Virus record (IMG/VR): IMGVR_UViG_3300038492_000126
Span: 1 to 46,401 of that record
Source: a virus
Taxonomy: Duplodnaviria; Caudoviricetes
Length of the DNA: 46,401 nucleotides
Strand: one strand, 5' to 3'
Positions within the stretch are counted from its first letter, which is position 1, and each line of letters opens with the position of its first letter. Under the pieces are notes generated by a model. The model was not told the DNA's origin. It saw only the letters and a list, made by a program, of their open reading frames with translations, and searched no databases. Of this stretch, positions 27,181-36,650 are shown piece after piece. The position numbers were made by a program, and so were the translations under genes.

Positions 27181-28224
27181 TTAAGGATTAAGGTGATTTT
27201 TCAATTCTTGCATTTGCCCGGCCAGAGGATTCTTACTATTCCCCTGAGTTTCCTGGCTATGCTTTGGTCGAGAACCTCCACCCTTGGTACTCGGAGGCGG
27301 TGCTTGAGTTGACTTGCCCTGAGTCATCTTCAGATACTTGTCAACATCTTGACCAGCTTGAGTAAAGACTTGGAAGATCGACCAATCTTTATGCTCTCCA
27401 CGCAGTTGGTTCGCTCGTCTAGCTACAAATCCCATGAACGGCATTAGATGAGGATTCAGCGCAGTGAAAATAGTTCTAGCTACTTCACCCTCAATTTGAT
27501 CTTGGGAAACGCGCCCTGAGGTTTTACCTACATCCAAGAGCAGTTCCTTCTTAAGTTCAGTAACGTCAACAGAAGGACCAGCTCCGGTAGCGGCGATAAC
27601 CTGGCTTGCAACTTCTTGCGCAAATTTCGTTAGGAAAGGAACAGCAGTTTCATTGTCTGAAAGCTGCTCCGCTACATCAACATCGCCGGAGAGGATTCCG
27701 GAAACGTCAAGTGTAAATTCATCTTTCTTCTCAGTTGGAGAAGTTTCAGTCTTACTTTCTTCAGGAGTAGCATTCTCCTTACCGTCCAACTGAGCCTGAA
27801 GATTTTGATTCTCTAAGGAGAGAGCGTTCACTTGCTCCATCAAGTCTTTCATTAGAGAGGCAGTGGAACCTTCCTCTTCCTGCTCCGTTGACTCCTCCTT
27901 CTTGGATTCATTTTCAGTAGACGCCTCTTCTTTCTTCTCCTCCTTTGGTGGAGTTTCCGGAGTTTGAGTCTCCTGAGATTCTTCCTTCTTCGACTCAGTA
28001 GTCTCTTCAGGAGGGGGAGTGTCGTCGCCAACTTCAGGCTCCTTAAGACGATTGGGAGTTCCTCCTTTACGGTTCATCAGCTCACTCATTTGATCGAACT
28101 GCTCAGGAGAAAGAAGAGAACCTTCTTGCTCAGTTACATTAGTAGTCTGCTTTCCTCCGGGACTTTTAATTGCCGAGGAATTGGACTCTTGCGCCTGTTG
28201 TGTAGGACTTTCAGGAATAGGCAT
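27181..28224 (-). CDS. Capsid scaffolding protein
   Basis: Acidic E/T/S/K low-complexity N-terminal half, coiled coil; between portal and capsid. Confidence 0.75.
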   Translation of the reverse strand: MPIPESPTQQAQESNSSAIKSPGGKQTTNVTEQEGSLLSPEQFDQMSELMNRKGGTPNRLKEPEVGDDTPPPEETTESKKEESQETQTPETPPKEEKKEEASTENESKKEESTEQEEEGSTASLMKDLMEQVNALSLENQNLQAQLDGKENATPEESKTETSPTEKKDEFTLDVSGILSGDVDVAEQLSDNETAVPFLTKFAQEVASQVIAATGAGPSVDVTELKKELLLDVGKTSGRVSQDQIEGEVARTIFTALNPHLMPFMGFVARRANQLRGEHKDWSIFQVFTQAGQDVDKYLKMTQGKSTQAPPPSTKGGGSRPKHSQETQGNSKNPLAGQMQELKNHLNP

Positions 28225-28225
28225 G

Positions 28226-28534
28226 CTAATCTCCTTGTTCTCTCTTATGCTGTTGAAGCTCTAACATGTCCTTGAGAAACTCAGGGAAACCTAGATAGAG
28301 TCTTGCCATAGCGGCCTCTGCTTGCAGCACAAGAAGTTCTTCTTTAGTAAGGTGAGTTCCTTTTTCTAACTCATCCCTTACTTGTTCTAACTGGATTTGA
28401 AAAGCTTCCTTTAACGCTAAGGATACAGGATGCTCTTCATATGATTTAATGTCGCCTTTAGAGACGTTGAACTCTTCAAGACGCTCAACGGCTTTATCTT
28501 TAGCTTGCTGCTTTAGTAAACTTTCGTCACTCAT
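28226..28534 (-). CDS. Small helical head-assembly protein
   Basis: Coupled to the portal stop; typical portal-adjacent gene. Confidence 0.6.
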   Translation of the reverse strand: MSDESLLKQQAKDKAVERLEEFNVSKGDIKSYEEHPVSLALKEAFQIQLEQVRDELEKGTHLTKEELLVLQAEAAMARLYLGFPEFLKDMLELQQHKREQGD

Positions 28535-30456
28535 TATCCTACCTCTGCTAGTGGGATGATGTTTCCTGCTCTAACCTGCTGATCAACTTCTTGAGGTTGA
28601 GCTACTTGAGTCTCGATAGCCTGCTCTTGCTTGAGAAACTTATTCGCGTCCTTCACGCCAAGGAGGCGAGCAATATGTAACCAGGCTCTTACAAAATCTA
28701 TTCTCTGGAATAATCCAGGATGAGCTGCGGATGTAGTGATCAATTCATTCCAGGCTGTTGCAGTATCTGCACTGAGGATAGTTCCATCCTTTGGAAGAAC
28801 ATCCCAAGAAATATCCATGGAAGAAGGACGGAATGACTCTCCACCTTCAAAGCCATACTCTTGCTTCAACACTTCTTGATAGTCACCAAACATCTTAACA
28901 TAGCGTATATCTTCACCAAACTGAGTTAGGTTGAAAGCTAGTTGATGGGCTATATTGTAGTGTCCTTGCATACCCAATAGGAGAGCATCTTTCTCTTGCC
29001 TACTCAATTGATTTCGGTTAGCAGCTTGAGCTTCAAAGGAAGATACACGCGATCCACGTCTGTCTACTGCGCCTCGAGCAGAGTCTGATAGACCTGAAGC
29101 AGAATCAGAAAAGTTCCGAAGGAATCCAATGTCTGCGATATTGCCTCGAGTGATATCCTCTACACGTAGTTGAGAAATAGCTTTATCAGTCATCCCTCTA
29201 CCAAAGGCTCTCTTTCTCATGCGAATAACCATACCCTCTTTAGTGTCCATCAAATCATTGATGTTGACAAGGGAAGGGTCAACTACAAGCATGTTATTGA
29301 TACTCTTCCGGATGTTTGTCTGATGACTATTCCAGAGGAAGTTCATACTTACCTGCGTAGGATGCTCGATCTCCAATCGAGAGATTGGGATGGTTGAGTG
29401 TCCATCCATGCTACTACTATCCACGCAGTAATCAATCTGGTTGTGATCGTAAGGTTGTTTAATTGCAGCAATGATGATACGATCACCACCTACTCCAAAC
29501 TTCCATAGTTCCGGAACTGTTGACCTACCCATACCAAGCTCGGCTGGAATGATGCGAGCAGTCATCCACATTACATCAATAGGACGACTATAGTTCCCAT
29601 ACGCTTCACTATTGGGAGTTACTCCAGACTTATCATAGCGACCAGAGATTGTTTCTCCTGCATCATAAAGAGCCGAGGTTCCTACTCCCTTTTGGAAGTA
29701 GTCTATGTTGAATAGGTTTTCATCAACGGCTTCTAGATTCTTGAGAGATAGCCAAGAGAATCTTTCAATGTCTCCAAAGTAAGCCATCTCGTTGACTTCA
29801 TGTATAACCTTGACCGGATCTGGTAGTGTATTAAATGGGTCTGTTGCTCGGAGAGTTGTACCTGAATACCCAGGGACATCCTCCCTAACACCATTCACAG
29901 TCTTGAAGACTCGTTGCCCTACACTCCAACCAGTGCAAACTGCTCCAAATCCGTAGGTAATATCATCCATCCACTGCGTATAGAGAGCAAGTGCATGTCT
30001 GTTTTTAATGCTATCTTGGCGAAGAGCCATCTCAAGTAGGATTGTTCCTAGCCTATCATCCGGATCACCTGAATACTCAAATCCAAAGATCGTATCCCGT
30101 AGGAAAGCTGCGACTCTATAAGTCATCAGTATCTCACGCACTGCGTAGATGTGAGGCACAACCATAGAGATAGGCTTGCGACTATCCGCTTGCTTCAGCT
30201 TCTTCTCAGAAGTGTCCGCAGGGATATATACTGTAGCTTGTCGATTGATCTCCTTCCAATCAGCATAGCGTGGCTCCATATAGTTCTTAGAGGCACAAGC
30301 TAATTGGTTGAGGAAGGTTAGGATCTTCCTATGTTGTTCAGAATCAGGATGAAGATTAAGTCCTTCAGGATACCGTTGCTTATACAGCGTAGTATCAATC
30401 TTAATATCTTCAAAGTTTATCTGAGCAGCTCTTAAATTAGTGTGATTATGTGGCAT
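28534..30456 (-). CDS. Portal protein
   Basis: 640 aa; YGFGAV, DPFNTLPDP, SSFEA patterns; between terL and scaffold. Confidence 0.85.
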   Translation of the reverse strand: MPHNHTNLRAAQINFEDIKIDTTLYKQRYPEGLNLHPDSEQHRKILTFLNQLACASKNYMEPRYADWKEINRQATVYIPADTSEKKLKQADSRKPISMVVPHIYAVREILMTYRVAAFLRDTIFGFEYSGDPDDRLGTILLEMALRQDSIKNRHALALYTQWMDDITYGFGAVCTGWSVGQRVFKTVNGVREDVPGYSGTTLRATDPFNTLPDPVKVIHEVNEMAYFGDIERFSWLSLKNLEAVDENLFNIDYFQKGVGTSALYDAGETISGRYDKSGVTPNSEAYGNYSRPIDVMWMTARIIPAELGMGRSTVPELWKFGVGGDRIIIAAIKQPYDHNQIDYCVDSSSMDGHSTIPISRLEIEHPTQVSMNFLWNSHQTNIRKSINNMLVVDPSLVNINDLMDTKEGMVIRMRKRAFGRGMTDKAISQLRVEDITRGNIADIGFLRNFSDSASGLSDSARGAVDRRGSRVSSFEAQAANRNQLSRQEKDALLLGMQGHYNIAHQLAFNLTQFGEDIRYVKMFGDYQEVLKQEYGFEGGESFRPSSMDISWDVLPKDGTILSADTATAWNELITTSAAHPGLFQRIDFVRAWLHIARLLGVKDANKFLKQEQAIETQVAQPQEVDQQVRAGNIIPLAEVG

Positions 30457-30457
30457 A

Positions 30458-30700
30458 CTATTTCTCGCTTCTCAAGATTGCGGATTCGGCTCGACCTAAC
30501 ATTCTAGTATTCTCTTCTATACACTTACTATTCTCTTTCATCACTTCAATCAATGCTGCATCCCTAGCGTGTAGGGCATCTAACGCTATCTTATTTTGGT
30601 CCTTTACAAACTTAAGGAACACAATAACAAGCGCTAGTAGAAAAAATAACACTGGGGCCGAGTTGGCTAGCCCCTCTATTCCCAAAAGCTCACTCATCAC
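30458..30700 (-). CDS. Single-TM holin-like (BhlA/UviB-type) protein
   Basis: 80 aa, one hydrophobic helix followed by coiled coil; dual Met start. Confidence 0.5.
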   Translation of the reverse strand: MMSELLGIEGLANSAPVLFFLLALVIVFLKFVKDQNKIALDALHARDAALIEVMKENSKCIEENTRMLGRAESAILRSEK

Positions 30701-30731
30701 TTCTCCCTAGGATTACACTACAATCCTTGTT

Positions 30732-31376
30732 TTAACTATTCCCTACCTTTATAATCATAATAGAACTTTGACCTGCTGTAGTATCCATATTGGTAGAACC
30801 TACTAACCTCCTTGCTCTAACTCTAATCTTATCAGTGGCATTGATGTCCACTAAGAAACCTTTACCTGCTGTAGTAACCCCTCCAACCTCGCGTAGGTAG
30901 GCTGAGCAAATACTCTCTTGAATCACTGCATAACTACCAACTCCAAGAGGATCAAGTTCAACTGAAGCCTCCAATTCCGCTCTAGCTCCTCCAGCAGTGT
31001 CTGTATCATCAGCGCTAACTGCGAAATTAATGTAGTATATTCCGTCATTATTAAAGGTTATTTCGTCAGAGGCTAGTGAGAAAGCTGCATTAGCTACACT
31101 CACTGTATCCATGTTAACTGTGATACGGGTCCCTGTGATAGATTGATTTCCTACACCATCACGAACTTGATAGGGCTGCATGTCAGGAAACACTGCCCCA
31201 CCTGTGAGATCCACCTTGCGAACCACATCAGAGTCATCATCAGGAGCTTCCTCAACACACATCTTTCCACCTACCCTTATACCCCTCATAGTCATTGCAG
31301 GGTCATCAGGATAAACGGTCTGTGTGTCGTCGTAGGTTACTACCTTAGGACCAATCCAAAGTTCCTTGTCAGCCAT
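30732..31376 (-). CDS. Virion fibre-like protein with C1q/BclA-like beta-sandwich
   Basis: PDDDSDVVRKVDL fibre motif; ITFNNDGIYYINF...TDKIRVRA pattern; no signal peptide. Confidence 0.55.
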   Translation of the reverse strand: MADKELWIGPKVVTYDDTQTVYPDDPAMTMRGIRVGGKMCVEEAPDDDSDVVRKVDLTGGAVFPDMQPYQVRDGVGNQSITGTRITVNMDTVSVANAAFSLASDEITFNNDGIYYINFAVSADDTDTAGGARAELEASVELDPLGVGSYAVIQESICSAYLREVGGVTTAGKGFLVDINATDKIRVRARRLVGSTNMDTTAGQSSIMIIKVGNS

Positions 31377-33139
31377 TATATAGACCTAAATTTAGCTTGA
31401 TCAAGTGGACCTTCATCGTAAAGGTCATCATATTCTGCTTCAATGTCTGCGGCTCTTTCCTCGTAATCCTCAGCTCCTTCATTAGGAGCAAGGAATAGCT
31501 CTAGCTTATCTAAAGCTTGGTCGAGGTAAGCTGCTGTATCTAAGACGTCCCACTCAGCACAGTTTGGAAAGGACATACATTGATCTTCAAGGTCAGCCGT
31601 TGCATTGCGGTTAAGCCGAACAACGTCTCTCTGACAGTTCGCTAGGAAGGACATTGCTCTACCTATCTTACCACCTTCTTCACCCTTGAACTCAGCTCCC
31701 TTACCTCCCCTACTCTTGAGTTCGATAACTTCAATGTAGGTTCCTCTCTTTATCATCTCAGATTTGAGAGGGTAGGTGATATGCTGTTCTAGTCCCGTAG
31801 TTTCAATAGCGATAGCCATGAGAGGAAATAGGTCGTTTAGGGCGAACACCTCATTGTAGAAGTCCAACGGCGTTAGGTGTTTAGCATAGGCCTTGCGAAA
31901 ATAACACATCGGCATTTCATTATCGCCTCCGTCTAGGTCTAATCCCACTAGAGAGAATCCATAAGGATTATTCTTTGGATTGCTAGTCCTTGACGGGTCA
32001 ACTATGAGAAGGTTGAGGATACGCTTACGAGCTTCTTTAAACCCTTCATCTGCTTCGTCATAGAAATGGAGGTTGTTAACAAAAGCGTTATCTTCAGGGG
32101 CAATCGAAGTAGACATGAACTCCTGATAGAAGATAGTCATACGACCTTTCTTCCTATACTTCTTGATCTCCTTATCCAACTCTGCTTGGCTCATGTAATC
32201 CGGCATGAGAGTTTTATAAGTAGATCCTTCAGGATCAGGAGCCGCTAACTTAAGCTTGATAGTTAACCAATCAGGATCATTCTCAAGCTCGAACGGGATA
32301 TCTTTCGCGTGCTTCTTAGTGTCGATATACATCATGAAGTAGTTATCATCGTATCGACTGATCGTGTTGACAAAGTCAGAATCAAACCACTCCGCTATCT
32401 TCTTGCGATAGGACTCCGACCGGAGATTATCTCTATTGAGAAGATCATCAATCACCCACATGTCAGGGCGAAAGCGTGTCCACTTCAAACCACGAACTTG
32501 CTGACCAGCTCCACGAGGTAGGACTAAGGTGCGTCCTCCTGCTACGTAGGACTTCTTACTGAACTGCATACTCTTGTCATTGATGAGAGAATCTTCAACA
32601 TCAATGGTCTCAATAGGTTTGAACATGAGACGGAGTAGGCTATTAGTGAGAAGATCAGCTTTGATTGCTTCAGTTCGTAGCTCAGAACCTCCCTCGAGAG
32701 AGTGTGACATATAGCCAATGAAGTGCTTCTCTTCCCAAGAGATCTGATCCTTTACAAGGAACTCACATATAGTAGACTTTCCAAACCCCCTTGGCCCAAG
32801 CATCAATACCTTGTTATAACCAAGAGTGCCTGCCTTATAGGCATCATAGATTTCAAAGATCTTTTCGTGCAGCGAAGACATCGGCTTGTAGAAATCTTCA
32901 CCGTAGAATAGCTTCGCGCAGAACATACTATCTCTATAGGCAGTAGATAGGATCTCCCTGATAGTCTTATCTTTCAGGAATTCTTCAACTGTATGAGAAC
33001 GAGAGGAGATCAACTCGATAAGAGAAAGAGCCTCGGCAACTCTAGTCTCTAGGTTATCGAGCTTTATACTCCGAGCCATCGCCTGCTCATGTCCCAAGAC
33101 AGAGGTTTGATCAGGGAATGCAGTGATCTCTTGCACCAT
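31376..33139 (-). CDS. terL: Terminase large subunit
   Basis: GPRGFGKST Walker A, QVRG, WVIDD Walker B, FYQEF, IVDPS and DVLD nuclease motifs. Confidence 0.93.
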   Translation of the reverse strand: MVQEITAFPDQTSVLGHEQAMARSIKLDNLETRVAEALSLIELISSRSHTVEEFLKDKTIREILSTAYRDSMFCAKLFYGEDFYKPMSSLHEKIFEIYDAYKAGTLGYNKVLMLGPRGFGKSTICEFLVKDQISWEEKHFIGYMSHSLEGGSELRTEAIKADLLTNSLLRLMFKPIETIDVEDSLINDKSMQFSKKSYVAGGRTLVLPRGAGQQVRGLKWTRFRPDMWVIDDLLNRDNLRSESYRKKIAEWFDSDFVNTISRYDDNYFMMYIDTKKHAKDIPFELENDPDWLTIKLKLAAPDPEGSTYKTLMPDYMSQAELDKEIKKYRKKGRMTIFYQEFMSTSIAPEDNAFVNNLHFYDEADEGFKEARKRILNLLIVDPSRTSNPKNNPYGFSLVGLDLDGGDNEMPMCYFRKAYAKHLTPLDFYNEVFALNDLFPLMAIAIETTGLEQHITYPLKSEMIKRGTYIEVIELKSRGGKGAEFKGEEGGKIGRAMSFLANCQRDVVRLNRNATADLEDQCMSFPNCAEWDVLDTAAYLDQALDKLELFLAPNEGAEDYEERAADIEAEYDDLYDEGPLDQAKFRSI

Positions 33140-33164
33140 GCAATGCCTTCCTGCTAGCTTACCG

Positions 33165-35765
33165 TTAAGGTGTTTCTATAGTGATAGTTCCAGCACTGCC
33201 GTCGATGGTAACTCGCTGCGTGCTGTTTATATACCAAGCCAAGGTTTCAGGCGTTCCGTTACTGTCATTGTCGAATAGTCCAATCTTACCTGCTGTCTTC
33301 TCAGAGTCGAATTCCGCTTCGGTGTATGTATGCAGGTAAAGAAAACGAAAAGGGTTATTGCCATTACCAAGCGAAGAAGCATTACTACTCTCCCCTCCTA
33401 AACCTATATAATCTCCGTCGATTACAAAGTTTCCGTTGAGTCCTACATACTTCCAATAGAGAGTATCTGTTGAGACCTTCAATAAGTAGGTCTCTCCAGT
33501 GGCTCCGGCCGACCTAAAAGCGAGAGTGTCTGAGGAGAATATACGAGTAAGGTTTGATGTTCCATCAATGACTAACTTACCGGCATTAGCCTCAAATAGA
33601 TCCTCGTCAAACCCATATCCATCCCTCCAAGCAGGCCAAACTGAGTAGGCAGGAGCTCCTCCAGTCTGATGCTTGATAGTATCAGGAGTTCCATCCTGAA
33701 TATGAAAGCGCCAAGTAGCGTTGCCTGGGTCTGTAGTATGTCTCTTTAAGAATAAGTCAGCAGCACGAGCTTCAGGAGATCCAATACGAAACGCATCATT
33801 TGTGTTGGCGTCTATTTCAATAAGATCATCAGTCGCATCATAGTCCATCTCAACATATTTCGTTGAACCTGCAGGTCTTACACGGAATAGTCCCACTGAA
33901 TCCATCTCTACATCACCAGCAGAGGAAGGTTGAAAGACTATATCGTTACTTTCTCGCCATATCTTTAAGCGATGAAAGAAATCCAAGGTGTCATTGATGG
34001 TTAAGTAACCAGATCCAAAGTTAGTAGACCGATTTCCCAATGTCCAGTTGTTACTAGATACCTTATTCGCCGTAGTTAGGTCAATATTATTCCAATAGAA
34101 GTTGGATGTATGGACATTAGTCTTCGTATTTACAATTCCCTGGTTCAGATTGCGCATTGTGTTGTTCTTAAACACGTTATTAGGGTCTTGAGCGCTTCCG
34201 AATAGGGAAATTGCAGTGTCTGCACCTACATTATGACCGAAAAAGGTGTTATCCTCTACATAATTTCCGGCTCCTTTGAGGATCATGTGCGTTTTATAGT
34301 GCGAAAAGCGGTTGTTTATAGCAATAAGGGAGTCAGCTTCACACCAGAGACCATAGTCTTTCGTCGCAGCAGTCGCGTTTCCGTCAATAGTGTTGTTATA
34401 TAGCTGAGGATTAATAACCCTTGAACCGAATTTGATTGTTCCCTGCCCAGCATTGAGGAAAGTATTGTTATCAAAGTAGGCATAGGAGTATCCGAGGATG
34501 TCAAATGGATCTCCACCTCCACCATTCATGATGAAAGTGTTATCTTTCACTATAAGATAACCAGCATCGGATGCCCTGATGTTATAGTCTTCTCCAGTAG
34601 ACATCAACTTGCCATCTACACCACCAACAATCCAGCCTTGGATGACAAGGGAGTTGAGAGAATCTCCAAACGCAATGCCAAAGTCACCTTCATCGATAGT
34701 GAACTTAGTAACCGTTGCGCCGTTCCCCATATAATATGTCCAACCTATCCCCAGACCCTTATGCTCTATCTCTCCAACTGCAATAGATGGATTGGCGATG
34801 ACAAAGTTATTGAATGAAGTATCACAGAGAACATTGTCATTCGCGTTAGTGAGATAGCGAAAGCAGTCTGTCGCAAAGTTTAAGGCTAGAACACTATTAT
34901 ACGTGCTCTGCATACGCATAGCCGCTTGGTTATTCACCCTACGAATATGGTTCCCATATACAAAGTTGTCGCGAGTTTCGTTGTCGGTAGCAGGGTTAGT
35001 CCAGTTTAATTCTATCCCGTCGCCAGTTACAACTGAATCCACTTTATTGTTAGTGATGATGTTATAACCACCTCCCCAAACAGAGATAGCATCATCGCGG
35101 AAGTTGAAGAGTTCATTGTCGGTGACAGTTCCACGTTCCCAATCACGAAGGTGGACGCCTTTACCTATACTTGTTTGGTTAGGTCCATTCCCATCAACTG
35201 TCCAACCTTCTATTCCTCCTCCTTGTCCATTGTTGAAGTAGGCGAAATAACCATCGTTGTTTGCATCCATGATAGCAGTGGCATTGAACCCCTTGATAAA
35301 AACAGAGTCACGTCCATCTACTCCCAAAGCTGCGTTGAGAGAACCAGAGGTGTCGAAGTAGTATGTCCCTGGAAGAAACTTTGCATATACCGGACCAGAT
35401 GAGGGGAAAGCTGCTACAGCTGTATACCATGTTAATTCGTCGTCGGAGCCATCACACTGGTATTGAGCTTCTGATAGCATTCGAGGGTCGGTATCGCTGG
35501 CCGCAAAGACGAAGGTAGCTGCGGTAGTAGTATCTATCCAACTCTGCTTCACTCTAAGTTGAGAAGCAACTTCCTCGATGGAAACATCATCAGCATTGTT
35601 TGTGATGTTGTAGGTTTTAGCGCCACCTCCACCTGAAATCTTGATTTGCGCCTCGAGAATGGCGAAAGCAGATAGGAGGCAGAGGATAGCGAATACAATC
35701 CAAATACGAAATAGGATAATGTTAGCCTTAACATACCCAGCTTGCTTTTCGAAATGATTCTTCAT
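33165..35765 (-). CDS. Tailspike-like right-handed beta-helix protein with N-terminal signal peptide
   Basis: Hydrophobic IILFRIWIVFAILCLLSAFAILEA|Q; YQCDGSDD...PGTY entry motif; repeated xxNN/GI beta-helix turns. Confidence 0.8.
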   Translation of the reverse strand: MKNHFEKQAGYVKANIILFRIWIVFAILCLLSAFAILEAQIKISGGGGAKTYNITNNADDVSIEEVASQLRVKQSWIDTTTAATFVFAASDTDPRMLSEAQYQCDGSDDELTWYTAVAAFPSSGPVYAKFLPGTYYFDTSGSLNAALGVDGRDSVFIKGFNATAIMDANNDGYFAYFNNGQGGGIEGWTVDGNGPNQTSIGKGVHLRDWERGTVTDNELFNFRDDAISVWGGGYNIITNNKVDSVVTGDGIELNWTNPATDNETRDNFVYGNHIRRVNNQAAMRMQSTYNSVLALNFATDCFRYLTNANDNVLCDTSFNNFVIANPSIAVGEIEHKGLGIGWTYYMGNGATVTKFTIDEGDFGIAFGDSLNSLVIQGWIVGGVDGKLMSTGEDYNIRASDAGYLIVKDNTFIMNGGGGDPFDILGYSYAYFDNNTFLNAGQGTIKFGSRVINPQLYNNTIDGNATAATKDYGLWCEADSLIAINNRFSHYKTHMILKGAGNYVEDNTFFGHNVGADTAISLFGSAQDPNNVFKNNTMRNLNQGIVNTKTNVHTSNFYWNNIDLTTANKVSSNNWTLGNRSTNFGSGYLTINDTLDFFHRLKIWRESNDIVFQPSSAGDVEMDSVGLFRVRPAGSTKYVEMDYDATDDLIEIDANTNDAFRIGSPEARAADLFLKRHTTDPGNATWRFHIQDGTPDTIKHQTGGAPAYSVWPAWRDGYGFDEDLFEANAGKLVIDGTSNLTRIFSSDTLAFRSAGATGETYLLKVSTDTLYWKYVGLNGNFVIDGDYIGLGGESSNASSLGNGNNPFRFLYLHTYTEAEFDSEKTAGKIGLFDNDSNGTPETLAWYINSTQRVTIDGSAGTITIETP

Positions 35766-36154
35766 TATTGTTTTGTCCTCTTATCTCCATATAGTCCAGC
35801 TATTCCAGTGCCGGAGGCTGTCCAAATTTCAATCCGCTTAACAGGTGTGCCAGGATCTACCATGACTGTCTGCCCTGCAAAGATAGGAGCGAAAGGCTTA
35901 GTAGCCCAACCTGCTGTATCAGGAGCCCCTATTTTGATATAGGCATCAGTGTTAACAACAATCGCAAAACCTCGCCAGCTTTCAGCGAAGGTAGTGTCGC
36001 GGTGAGTGGTTGTAATGTTGAGAGTATCAACATGAACAAACCTATTCCCCGAAATGATCTGCGCCTCTGATTTCGTAGGGGACAGTAGGATTGCAGACAG
36101 GACGATGATGAGCAGGATTGTAAATAGCCCAGCGACTTTATTCTGATTAATCAT
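35765..36154 (-). CDS. Secreted small beta-sandwich protein
   Basis: Signal peptide ending SEA|Q; coupled to both neighbours. Confidence 0.75.
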   Translation of the reverse strand: MINQNKVAGLFTILLIIVLSAILLSPTKSEAQIISGNRFVHVDTLNITTTHRDTTFAESWRGFAIVVNTDAYIKIGAPDTAGWATKPFAPIFAGQTVMVDPGTPVKRIEIWTASGTGIAGLYGDKRTKQ

Positions 36155-36650
36155 CTCGACGTTTCTCCTTCAACCTCTTTGCAATGTCTGCGGCAGACCC
36201 TTTACTCTTCACTGTTCTCTTACGCTTCTTCTTTGGATTGACAGGGATATTCGCAAAGTAGTGAGCAGTCTCATACGTGAGAATTACCTTCGTCCCTTTA
36301 GGGCAAGGATTGCGACCTTCCGCTACTTTCTTCACCTCGTAAGAGAGATGCTGTCCATCTCCGAGTGAATCGGAGTAGGAGAGTTCAGTGTCAGGGAAAC
36401 AATTACAGAATTGTTGATAGGGACGATCAGCATTAGACGGCCAATCGATCACCGTCATCGCCGCTTCCTCCTGCAAGACCACTGTCTTCGGAGCTTGTGC
36501 TCGGATCTGCAGAGCAAAGAAAATTAAGCAAACCAGAACTATCAGAGCTATGTTCAGGTTCCTTTCTCTCTTCTTCTGCCGAATTTGGTAACTGTTGGTC
36601 AGTGCTGTCAACCTCTGCGACGTGTTCTCCAGTGTGGTTTTCTCTTTCAT
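36147..36650 (-). CDS. Exported/membrane-anchored protein with basic C-terminus
   Basis: AAGGA RBS before ATG 36650; KKRER-LNIALIVLVCLIFFALQIRA|Q; three Cys in the mature part. Confidence 0.65.
   Translation of the reverse strand: MKEKTTLENTSQRLTALTNSYQIRQKKRERNLNIALIVLVCLIFFALQIRAQAPKTVVLQEEAAMTVIDWPSNADRPYQQFCNCFPDTELSYSDSLGDGQHLSYEVKKVAEGRNPCPKGTKVILTYETAHYFANIPVNPKKKRKRTVKSKGSAADIAKRLKEKRRDD

Noticed and set aside
15546-35402. Many short antisense or alternative-frame ORFs within late genes
   Set aside because: Nested in long, motif-supported genes and lack RBS or protein-like features
33165-35765. Diversity-generating retroelement target
   Set aside because: No reverse transcriptase or template/variable repeat pair seen
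5952-36650. Alternative genetic code suggested by long gene overlaps
   Set aside because: Core genes are intact in the standard code and TAA, TAG and TGA all end genes
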